A DNA stretch of 64,000 bases from a bacterium (GTDB lineage: Bacteria; Patescibacteriota; Minisyncoccia; Minisyncoccales; CG1-02-41-26). The position numbers were made by a program, and so were the translations under genes. The notes under the pieces were generated by a model. The model ran no database searches and was not told the DNA's origin. It saw only the letters and a list, made by a program, of their open reading frames with translations. The DNA lies in NCBI GenBank assembly GCA_030648255.1, contig JAUSHZ010000007.1:24404-88403 (forward strand), read 5' to 3'. Positions 56,262-64,000 of the stretch are shown one piece after another (position 1 is the stretch's first letter; each line of letters begins with the position of its first letter).

Positions 56262-57902
56262 ATGAAAAACAAAAAAAGATTTATTTTAATTGCTTCGGGG
56301 GTGGTTGTTGTACTGGCTATTACCGCTGGGATTGTAGTTGGGCAAATAAATAAGCCTTTGCCTTATGAATTTGTTATTGTTAAAAAACAAAATGTTATTC
56401 AAGAAGTTTCGGTAACAGGCAAAGTCAAGCCAGCCCAATCAGTGGACTTGGCTCTTGAGCGGGGTGGAAAAATAAAGTCATCCCCTATCCAAGTTGGCGA
56501 TTTGGTGACCGAAGGGCAAATTTTAGTGTCTTTAGACAAGTCTGAACTTCAGGCCCAATTAGCTCAAGCCCAAGCTAATTTAGAAAGCCAGCAAGCCCAA
56601 TTAAATCAATTACAAAACGGCACCAGGCCAGAACAACTACAGCTTTACCAAACAAAATTAGCCAATGCTCAAAAAAATTTTGAAGATGAGAAAACAAACT
56701 TAACTAATGTTCAAACTAAAGCCACTTCTGATTTAGCCAATCTTTATGATGATGTAAAAGATTCTCTAAACGATGCTTATGTCAAAGCTGATGACGCTGT
56801 CAATAAACAAACTCAAGAACTTTTTTCTAATGCTAATACTAACAGCCCCCAACTAACTTTTTATTGCTCTAGTTATCAGTTAGTGATAGATAGCCAAAAT
56901 AAAAAAGTTTTGGCTAATAATTCTGTAGCGAATTTAAAAGCAAACGACAACTCGCTAGACAAAGCTCTTGCTGACCTAAACCAAATAAGCGATTTTTTGA
57001 ACACGGTTGATAGCGCCCTAAGTAATGCTTCTGGCTTGTCTGCTTCAGTTATTTCAACCTACAAGGGTTATGTTAATACTGGCCGAACAAATATTAACAC
57101 TATCCTCACAAGCATTAATGCCTTAAAGCAATCGATTTCTTCTCAAAAAATAACCAACCAAAAAAATATTGATACCCAACAATCAGTTTATAACTCTGCC
57201 AAAAGTGCCTTAGATGTAGCTCAAAACGAGTTAGAACTGCAATTGGCTGGCTCCACTCTTGAGGCTATCCAATCTCAAGACGCCTTAACAAAGGCGGCCC
57301 AAGCCAGTGTGGATAATATTTCAGCCCAAATAACCAAGGCCACCTTAAAAGCGCCTATTACTGGCATTATTATCTTGCAAAACGCCAAGCCCGGAGAAAT
57401 CGCCCAAGCTGGGGCAAAAATAGTATCTTTAATCTCTCAAGCAGAATTTGAAATTGAAGCCAATATTCCCGAGGCCGATATTGCTAAAATAAAACTAGGC
57501 GATATTGCCACCGCTACCTTAGATGCTTATGGGCCAGATGTTAAATTCCAAGCTAAAATTGCTAAAGTAGACCCAGCGGAAACAATACTTGAAGGCGTAG
57601 CGACCTACAAAACCACTTTGCAATTTACCCAAAAAGATGAACGGATAAAATCTGGCTTCACAGCTAATATTGATATTTTAACCAATCAAAGAGAAAATGT
57701 TTTGGCCGTGCCCTATCGTGCGGTTATAACTAAAAATGGCGATAAAATTGTTAAAGTTGTCAACCCTTCGGCACGCTCAGGGCAAGCAAAAATTGAAGAA
57801 AGAAAAGTTGCTTTAGGTCTGCGAGGGTCAGATGGAAATGTGGAAATTTTAAACGGCATTAGCGAAGGAGAAAAAGTTATCACTTTTGAAAAAGCAAAAT
57901 AA
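56262..57902 (+). CDS. HlyD/MacA-family periplasmic adaptor with long coiled coil
   Basis: N-term TM, coiled coil, beta-barrel C-term. Confidence 0.8.
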   Translation: MKNKKRFILIASGVVVVLAITAGIVVGQINKPLPYEFVIVKKQNVIQEVSVTGKVKPAQSVDLALERGGKIKSSPIQVGDLVTEGQILVSLDKSELQAQLAQAQANLESQQAQLNQLQNGTRPEQLQLYQTKLANAQKNFEDEKTNLTNVQTKATSDLANLYDDVKDSLNDAYVKADDAVNKQTQELFSNANTNSPQLTFYCSSYQLVIDSQNKKVLANNSVANLKANDNSLDKALADLNQISDFLNTVDSALSNASGLSASVISTYKGYVNTGRTNINTILTSINALKQSISSQKITNQKNIDTQQSVYNSAKSALDVAQNELELQLAGSTLEAIQSQDALTKAAQASVDNISAQITKATLKAPITGIIILQNAKPGEIAQAGAKIVSLISQAEFEIEANIPEADIAKIKLGDIATATLDAYGPDVKFQAKIAKVDPAETILEGVATYKTTLQFTQKDERIKSGFTANIDILTNQRENVLAVPYRAVITKNGDKIVKVVNPSARSGQAKIEERKVALGLRGSDGNVEILNGISEGEKVITFEKAK

Positions 57903-57905
57903 AAA

Positions 57906-58625
57906 TTGATGCCACTTATAGAAGTCCACAATTTAGAGAAAATTTATTCGGAGGGCGAAACTAAAACTCGCGCTTTATGTGGGGTTTCTTTTGATGTAGA
58001 AGCGGGCGAGTTTGTGGCTGTAATGGGGCCTTCGGGTTCTGGTAAATCCACTCTTTTACATATTTTAGGGTTTTTGGATAGGCAAACAAAAGGCAGCTAT
58101 CTGTTTGATGGCAAAGAGTTAAACGAATATACAGATAATGAAGTGGCAAGAGTCCGCAATGAAAAAATGGGCTTTGTTTTTCAATCCTTTAATTTATTGG
58201 CTCGAACTTCTGTTTTGGAAAATGTAAAATTACCCTTGCTTTATTCAACAACTCCCCAATCAAAATGGGAGACGTTAGCTAAAAAAGCTATTGACCAAGT
58301 AGGGCTTTCTCATCGCCTAAACCATTTAACTTCTCAACTATCTGGCGGTGAAAAACAAAGGGTGGCAATTGCTAGGGCTTTAATCAACGAGCCAAAAATT
58401 ATATTCGCTGACGAGCCAACTGGCAATTTAGATTCAAAATCTGGCAGCGGTGTAATGGAAATTATAGGGGACTTAAACAATCAAGGCCACACGATTATTT
58501 TAATTACCCACGAAACATACACGGCTCAATATGCGCAAAGAATCATAACCCTTCGCGATGGAGAGATAGAAAGCGACCACAAAGTTGATCAAAGGCGGGC
58601 AGGTAAGGAAAACTTTATAAAATAA
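57906..58625 (+). CDS. ABC transporter ATP-binding protein (MacB/LolD-type)
   Basis: GPSGSGKST, LSGGEKQR. Confidence 0.9.
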   Translation: MMPLIEVHNLEKIYSEGETKTRALCGVSFDVEAGEFVAVMGPSGSGKSTLLHILGFLDRQTKGSYLFDGKELNEYTDNEVARVRNEKMGFVFQSFNLLARTSVLENVKLPLLYSTTPQSKWETLAKKAIDQVGLSHRLNHLTSQLSGGEKQRVAIARALINEPKIIFADEPTGNLDSKSGSGVMEIIGDLNNQGHTIILITHETYTAQYAQRIITLRDGEIESDHKVDQRRAGKENFIK

Positions 58626-58629
58626 ATGT

Positions 58630-59868
58630 ATGACCCTAAAAAACAGCTTTAAAACTGCGATAAAAGGACTGCGGGCAAACAAATCCCGCTCAGCTTTAAC
58701 TATTTTGGGAATTATTATTGGCATCACTTCTATTATTTTAATTATGTCTTTGGGCAAAGGAGCCCAAGAGCTTATCTTAAACCAAGTAAGGGGCCTGGGC
58801 TCTGCCACTATTATTATTGAGCCAGGCAGAGAACCCAAAGGCCCTTCTGACTTTAGCGCTTTTTTTACTGACTCTTTGAAAGAAAGAGAGGTTCAAGCAC
58901 TTTTAAATCCTTCCAATGTGCCAGGCCTTGAAAGTTTATCTCCAATTGTTTTGGTTTCTGGAACTGTTGCTTATCAAAACGAAGTCCACAATTTTAGCGT
59001 GGTTGGTGCCTCTGAATTATTAGCCCAAATAGTAAATGTTTATCCCGAAACCGGCCAGCTTTTTTCTGATGAACAAACTCAAGACCTTTCAGCCGTGGCT
59101 GTTATTGGCTATGAAGTTAAAGATAAACTTTTTGGAGAATCAGACGCTATTGGCGAAACAATAAAAATAAAAAATAAAGCATTTAAAGTTTTTGGCGTTT
59201 TCCCCAAAAAAGGCCAGGTGGGAATGCTTGATGTTGATAACACTATTATTATCCCCTACACCACTGCTCAAAAATATCTGGCTGGAGTTAATTATTACCA
59301 AGAAATTATCGCTAAGGCCAAAACAGAAGCGCTTGTGCCTCAAACAGTTGAAGATATTAAAATTACTTTGCGCAATTTGCACAATATAACTGACCCCGCC
59401 AAAGATGATTTCCATGTAGTGACCCAAGAGGATATTGCCCAAAGAGTGGGCATGGTTACTTCTATTTTAACCATATTTTTATCAGCCATCGCCGCTATTT
59501 CCTTGGTGGTTGGTGGTATTGGTATTATGAATATTATGCTTGTGTCTGTTACTGAAAGAACTCGTGAAATTGGCTTGCGTAAGGCCTTGGGGGCCACCAC
59601 TAAAAATATTTTAACTCAATTTTTATTAGAGTCAGTTATTTTAACTTTGTTAGGTGGTGTTATTGGAATTTTGTTAGGAATTTTCTTTTCGTTTGTCTCT
59701 GCTCTAATTTTAAGCAAAGTGGTAGGCTCGGGCTGGCAATTCGCCATCTCTATTCAGGCGATTCTTTTGGGATTGGGTGTCTCTGCTTTTGTTGGCCTTG
59801 TTTTTGGCCTTTACCCAGCCCAACAAGCCTCCAAAAAATCCCCTATTGAGGCCCTTCGCTATGAATAA
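58630..59868 (+). CDS. ABC transporter permease, FtsX/MacB family
   Basis: N-term TM, large periplasmic domain, 3 C-term TM. Confidence 0.85.
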   Translation: MTLKNSFKTAIKGLRANKSRSALTILGIIIGITSIILIMSLGKGAQELILNQVRGLGSATIIIEPGREPKGPSDFSAFFTDSLKEREVQALLNPSNVPGLESLSPIVLVSGTVAYQNEVHNFSVVGASELLAQIVNVYPETGQLFSDEQTQDLSAVAVIGYEVKDKLFGESDAIGETIKIKNKAFKVFGVFPKKGQVGMLDVDNTIIIPYTTAQKYLAGVNYYQEIIAKAKTEALVPQTVEDIKITLRNLHNITDPAKDDFHVVTQEDIAQRVGMVTSILTIFLSAIAAISLVVGGIGIMNIMLVSVTERTREIGLRKALGATTKNILTQFLLESVILTLLGGVIGILLGIFFSFVSALILSKVVGSGWQFAISIQAILLGLGVSAFVGLVFGLYPAQQASKKSPIEALRYE

Positions 59869-59894
59869 CTTATCCCCATAAAGCCATTGACTCG

Positions 59895-59925
59895 ACATAG
59901 CGTATATGCTATACTCAACAAATAA
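59895..59925 (+). promoter_or_regulatory. promoter with overlapping palindrome for Gp49/XRE toxin-antitoxin operon
   Basis: TTGACT-17-TATACT; gtata-tgc-tatac over -10. Confidence 0.55.
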
Positions 59926-59941
59926 CATCGGTGATAAAAAA

Positions 59942-60319
59942 ATGTTTAGTGAAAATTATGAAGTTTTTTATTACAAAAACAACCGTACACAAAAAATCCC
60001 TGTCCAAGAGTATATTTCTTGTCTCCCCAAAAAAGAAAGAGCTAAAATTTTTAAATATATTGATTTTTTAGCTATAAGTAAAGGTTATTTAGATGAGCCA
60101 TACTCCAAACATATTATGGGAAAAATTAGAGAATTAAGAGTTGATTTTTCCCACAACAAACACCGAATTTTTTACTTTACTTTTGTAGGACGAAAAATTA
60201 TTCTTCTACATAGCTTTCTTAAAAAGACAAGCAAAACCCCACAGCAAGAAATTAACCGAGCGCTACAGAATCTTTCTGATTGTGAAATTAATAAATCTTT
60301 CGTGCAATATGAACACTAA
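59942..60319 (+). CDS. Gp49-like (HigB/RelE-superfamily) toxin
   Basis: start after TTGACT-17-TATACT promoter; Gp49 family hallmarks. Confidence 0.6.
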   Translation: MFSENYEVFYYKNNRTQKIPVQEYISCLPKKERAKIFKYIDFLAISKGYLDEPYSKHIMGKIRELRVDFSHNKHRIFYFTFVGRKIILLHSFLKKTSKTPQQEINRALQNLSDCEINKSFVQYEH

Positions 60320-60614
60320 AAAAAATAAAAAAATTATATATCCGTCTTTTAGTAAACATCTTAAAAAAGAATTAAAAGATCCTGAATTCAAAAAATATTT
60401 TGATGAATACGGCAAACAACTGGAAATTTCCTACAAAATTTTGCAATTGCGCAAAAAGCAAAAGCTTAGCCAAGAAGAGCTTGCTAAAAAATTAAATACC
60501 ACGCAAAGCGTAGTAGCTCGCATAGAAGCTGGAAAACAAAACATTACCCTTGAGACCCTCCAAAAAATCGCTTCAGCTTTTAAACGCGAATTAAAAATTG
60601 ATTTTGTGGGATAG
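60309..60614 (+). CDS. XRE-family HTH antitoxin (HigA-like)
   Basis: LRKKQKLSQEELAKKLNTTQSVVARIEAG; overlaps toxin stop. Confidence 0.7.
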   Translation: MNTKKNKKIIYPSFSKHLKKELKDPEFKKYFDEYGKQLEISYKILQLRKKQKLSQEELAKKLNTTQSVVARIEAGKQNITLETLQKIASAFKRELKIDFVG

Positions 60615-60626
60615 CAATGGCTGATT

Positions 60627-61232
60627 ATGCCTATCACTGAAATACTAATCCAATACATAACCGCTTTAATTTCCTTGGGGGGATATTTTTTTGTTTTCTT
60701 GGCAATGTTTTTAGAAGGCATTATTTTCCCTATACCCAGCGAAGCTGTTTTGGCTTTCACTGGTTTTTTAGTGGCTAAAGGAACTTTTTCTTTTTGGATA
60801 GCAGTTATTGTTAGCTCTATAGGCAGTTTTTTGTGCGCTTTAGTTTATTATCTTATTGGCTATTTTGGCTTTAAGCCATTTATTTTGAAATACGGTAAAT
60901 ATGTTTTTTTAAAATCAAAAGATATTGAAAAAACCGAAAAATTTTTTGATAAGCACGGCCAAAAAGCTATTTTTTTAAGCCGCTTTGTGCCAATTATCCG
61001 CCAGCTTGGCGCTTTACCAGCTGGGGGAGCTAAAATGAATTTTGGCAAATTTTCTTTTTTTACAATATTGGGCGCTTTTATTTGGAACAGCGTTTTTATT
61101 TTGCTTGGCATTTCTTTAAAACAAAACTGGCAAAAACTTGAGCAATACACCAAATACTTTGACTATATATTTTTAATAGCCATAATAATCGCCCTAATAA
61201 TTTTCATCATAAAAAGAAAAAGAGCCATCTGA
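60627..61232 (+). CDS. DedA-family membrane protein
   Basis: SRFVPIIRQLGALPAGG. Confidence 0.8.
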   Translation: MPITEILIQYITALISLGGYFFVFLAMFLEGIIFPIPSEAVLAFTGFLVAKGTFSFWIAVIVSSIGSFLCALVYYLIGYFGFKPFILKYGKYVFLKSKDIEKTEKFFDKHGQKAIFLSRFVPIIRQLGALPAGGAKMNFGKFSFFTILGAFIWNSVFILLGISLKQNWQKLEQYTKYFDYIFLIAIIIALIIFIIKRKRAI

Positions 61233-61293
61233 TCTATTGACCGATGCTCCTTTTTACCCCTTTTCTTTTTTCGCATTTACTATGCTGGAGGAC

Positions 61294-61674
61294 CTATGCC
61301 TCCTTTTTTTCTTTTAACACCTCCTCTATTATATTTTTTAAGTCCCTTGGCCAATATGGCTTTGGTAGAGTTGCATCAAAGCCGTCAACCTTTTCACCCT
61401 CGAACAAATAACCCGAAGAAACCACTGCCATGCCTCCGTAACCTATTTGAAGGAGATTCCTTAGTGTCTCTACTGCCCCCATCCTATTTTTAACATTCAA
61501 ATCAAGTATCACAACATCTGGGGGGGGTTCTTCGGAAAATTTGACTAATAAATCTTCGCCACTTGCGAAGGTTGAAACATCAAACTCCATCAAAAAAAGA
61601 GACCCCTCGACCAATTCTCTTAAGTCGGGTTCTTCGTCCATGAACCATATCTTTTTCTTTTCTGTCATTGTCAT
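61294..61674 (-). CDS. single-domain response regulator (CheY-like receiver)
   Basis: DD..D..K receiver pattern. Confidence 0.6.
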   Translation of the reverse strand: MTMTEKKKIWFMDEEPDLRELVEGSLFLMEFDVSTFASGEDLLVKFSEEPPPDVVILDLNVKNRMGAVETLRNLLQIGYGGMAVVSSGYLFEGEKVDGFDATLPKPYWPRDLKNIIEEVLKEKKEA

Positions 61675-61876
61675 TTCCCTCAAACAAAAAATGGAGCATT
61701 AAGCTCCGTTATTAAAATCGAACACTAGTTGTTTTATACCACAGATGTGGAAAAAATGCAACCCCGTAGTAGAATTTCATCTGCCCCTTGGGCAAAAATA
61801 ATGATGAAATTCACTACAAGGCTAACCCCAAAAGCGTAGCCACTTGTGCCGATCGGCACGGATGACTACACTTTTA

Positions 61877-62641
61877 CTATTCAGTTATATAAAGTTTCAT
61901 TGTTAACATTAGTAAAATACCTAAAATAAAAACGCAGAAGTAGCCGAGGGCTTTGGCTGGGGCAAAGTCCTTTTTAATTTCAGGAATTAAATCCGAGCAA
62001 GCAATATAGATAAAATTACCGGCGGCAAAAGGCAATAAATAAACAATATTAAAGCCAATTTTTTCTGCTAAGAAAAATCCAACCAACCCCCCAAGCACTG
62101 CCAGTAAAGCCGACAAAAAGTTAAACAATAATGCCTTACTTTTCGTTAACCCGCCATAAACCAAAACGCCAAAATCCCCCAGCTCTTGAGGTATTTCGTG
62201 CAAAGCCACAGCTATTGTGGTTGCTACTCCGCTAATCGGAGAAACAACAAAACTGCCCGCAATTATTAAGCCATCTAAAAAATTGTGCAGTCCGTCAGAA
62301 AACAAAATTAAATACGAAAACGGTCTTATGCACTCCTCTTTTGAGTGGCTAGTTGAATGATGGTGGTGCCATTTTATAAATTCTTCTAGAATATAAAACA
62401 AACAAAAACCAACTAAAACAAACACAAAAACTTTTAAAATATTTTCTACTCCTGCTGTTTCAACCGCCTCTGGTAATAAATGCAAAAAAGCGCCCCCCAA
62501 TAAAGCGCCAGCAGAAAACGCCACTAAAACCAAAAGGATTTTATTTAAAAACTTTTCTTTAAAAAATAAACTCAAAGTGCCAACAAACGAAATCAAGCTC
62601 ACCAGAAAAGCGCTTAACAAAATGTAAAAAAGAATGACCAT
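61877..62641 (-). CDS. zupT: ZIP-family metal transporter
   Basis: HEIPQELGDF. Confidence 0.85.
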   Translation of the reverse strand: MVILFYILLSAFLVSLISFVGTLSLFFKEKFLNKILLVLVAFSAGALLGGAFLHLLPEAVETAGVENILKVFVFVLVGFCLFYILEEFIKWHHHHSTSHSKEECIRPFSYLILFSDGLHNFLDGLIIAGSFVVSPISGVATTIAVALHEIPQELGDFGVLVYGGLTKSKALLFNFLSALLAVLGGLVGFFLAEKIGFNIVYLLPFAAGNFIYIACSDLIPEIKKDFAPAKALGYFCVFILGILLMLTMKLYITE

Positions 62642-62979
62642 AAACAGGTGTCAACCCCAGTTTTAATTTTGCGGGATTATTCTAATGGCGAAGCGCATGC
62701 GCTTCGCGATTGCTACCTATACCCATTGTAATGCAATATTTATCTACTTTGCAATGGCAAAATCAAAACGGGGTTATTGTTTGTTTCGCCATTTGTCTTT
62801 GCAGTAGCAAAGCCCTCTGGCGACAAACAATAAAAAAAGACTCTGGCGCCTCCTAGTTAATATATTTGGGACTTGAATCCAAGTGGGTGCTCTATTACCC
62901 TGCCCAAGGGTAGGGCAAAAATAAGCTCCCATGCAAATATTTGTTCCTCAATTAATCTAGAAAGTCCAGAGCCAAGTAC

Positions 62980-63008
62980 ATTATACTACTTAATTCCCAG
63001 TGCTTCAA
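62980..63008 (-). promoter_or_regulatory. promoter for long zupT leader, overlapping stop of upstream kinase gene
   Basis: minus: TTGAAG-17-TATAAT. Confidence 0.5.
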
Positions 63009-64000
63009 CCAGTTGTTTTATCAAGGAAACCACCACAGCTGGGGGCATTAAACTATAAGAAGCAACCCCCTCATCATCAGTTACCTGCCATGGCTTTTCG
63101 CCTACTTTTATACTCCCGTCGGCTTGCAATTCATAAGTATATTCCGGAGTTATTTCATAACTATCAAGCATCTCCCCAGCCTTATCAACTGGCACAGAAT
63201 TTCGCAAGAGAATCTTTGGCACACCATAAAGAGTTGTGGCTTGCTTCATTAATTCTTCATCAGTCTTTAACCGTTCTTTGATTGGCTCAATGCCAAGCTC
63301 GTCACCCTCCTTAGTGCCCATTCTTGCTCCAGCGCATTCTGGGTTGTCGCAGTTTAAATAAAACTTTTCTGTTTCTTTATCATAGCCGGGCTTTGTGGTG
63401 GCTAACAGCTTCAAATTTCTTGATGTTTTACATAATGGGCAAATCAACCTGTATTTTATCCTTTCATCAATTACTGTTTCTGGAACATCAATCATCACAA
63501 AAACATCCGGATCATCTCGATAACCCATTAAATCCCTAAAAAACAATGAGTAAGAAACTTGGTCCATGCTTCTTGGAAAGCCGTCAATAAAAATAGCTTT
63601 CTTTGGCATATCAGCTATTTTCTTTTTAACTAAAGCCAAAATAAGTTCAGAGGGCAAAAGCACTTTTGTGCTTCTTCCCTCCAAGGCCTCCATAATTTCA
63701 TCTAAATGCAAATAGCCCCTATAGTTTTTTTCTAAAAATGCTACTAAGTCCTTTTTCTTTTCTGGGTCAGCAACTACCTCATCAAGGTCTCTTATCATGT
63801 CTCCAACCGACAAATGGACAATTTTATCATTGCCCACAATTTCAGCCAACATTTTAGCGTAAGTACCTTTGCCAGAATTTTTTTTGCCCAATAAATAAGC
63901 AATAAAACTACCCTCTCTTAGATAATCTCTTAACTTTCTTATTTCAGGCCCAGCTTTGGCTTGAAAATATTCAGCTCTGCCAGAGGGCGAAGTTACATCA
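62986..64000 (-). CDS. adenylate-kinase-family NMP kinase with extra N-terminal region; 5' end beyond window
   Basis: frame stays open upstream of track's TTG start: ..FIAYLLGKKNSGKGTYAKML; zinc lid CPLC..C..C. Confidence 0.6.
   Translation of the reverse strand, partial: DVTSPSGRAEYFQAKAGPEIRKLRDYLREGSFIAYLLGKKNSGKGTYAKMLAEIVGNDKIVHLSVGDMIRDLDEVVADPEKKKDLVAFLEKNYRGYLHLDEIMEALEGRSTKVLLPSELILALVKKKIADMPKKAIFIDGFPRSMDQVSYSLFFRDLMGYRDDPDVFVMIDVPETVIDERIKYRLICPLCKTSRNLKLLATTKPGYDKETEKFYLNCDNPECAGARMGTKEGDELGIEPIKERLKTDEELMKQATTLYGVPKILLRNSVPVDKAGEMLDSYEITPEYTYELQADGSIKVGEKPWQVTDDEGVASYSLMPPAVVVSLIKQLVEALGIK

Overview
This 64-kb window comes from an AT-rich, compact bacterial genome and reads as three blocks.

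Block 1 (1–28.3 kb, all minus strand) is a fused str–S10–spc–alpha ribosomal protein cluster. Gene order is rpsL-rpsG-fusA-tuf-rpsJ-rplC-rplD-rplW-rplB-rpsS-rplV-rpsC-rplP-rpmC-rpsQ-rplN-rplX-rplE-rpsN-rpsH-rplF-rplR-rpsE-rplO-secY, then adk-map, then infA-rpmJ-rpsM-rpsK-rpsD-rpoA. rpmD (L30) is absent and alaS is short, both consistent with a streamlined Patescibacteria/CPR-like lineage; this is an inference.

The striking feature of block 1 is a family of about 17 near-identical, modular repeats of 160–300 nt. They occupy almost every non-overlapping intergenic gap of the operon.
- Each copy has a start-proximal hairpin module in four variants, one carrying compensatory base changes.
- Each has a central module of CCCC..GGGG hairpins, either as two separate hairpins or as one hairpin with two internal sub-stems.
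- Each has a GC-rich module at the upstream gene's stop codon; in rpsE and rplE this module is translated as a C-terminal extension.
- Genes downstream of a repeat begin with YTAAY-ATG and have no Shine-Dalgarno, although SD-led genes exist elsewhere in the window.
- The shared '[18 protein letters not shown]' N-termini in the ORF track are read-through artefacts of these repeats.
- rpmJ (L36) is absent from the ORF track and sits between two repeat copies.

Block 2 (28.3–36.5 kb) is an accessory islet:
- a tail-fibre-like surface repeat protein;
- two consensus-promoter small-RNA candidates;
- a 31-aa SD-led hydrophobic peptide resembling a type I toxin;
- an M50 protease and rpmB preceded by a multi-stem structured element;
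- a type II restriction-modification pair, LexA, and a solo HicB.

Block 3 (36.5–64 kb) holds:
- a copper/thiol-redox island (CopA, CopZ, cupredoxin, DsbA-like and CcdA-like proteins, SufS, CDF, DsrE, DoxX) followed by an ECF sigma/anti-sigma pair, where two membrane proteins carry Cys/Gly-rich C-terminal tails;
- a DUF3800 gene;
- a NuoF-like plus [FeFe]-hydrogenase HydA pair;
- a third small-RNA locus with tandem promoters;
- a MacAB-like efflux system;
- a Gp49/XRE toxin-antitoxin pair;
- a ZIP transporter with a long palindrome-bearing leader;
- an adenylate-kinase-like gene running off the window.

No CRISPR array, rRNA or convincing tRNA was found. Coordinates were read by hand from the printed sequence and could be off by a few nucleotides in places.
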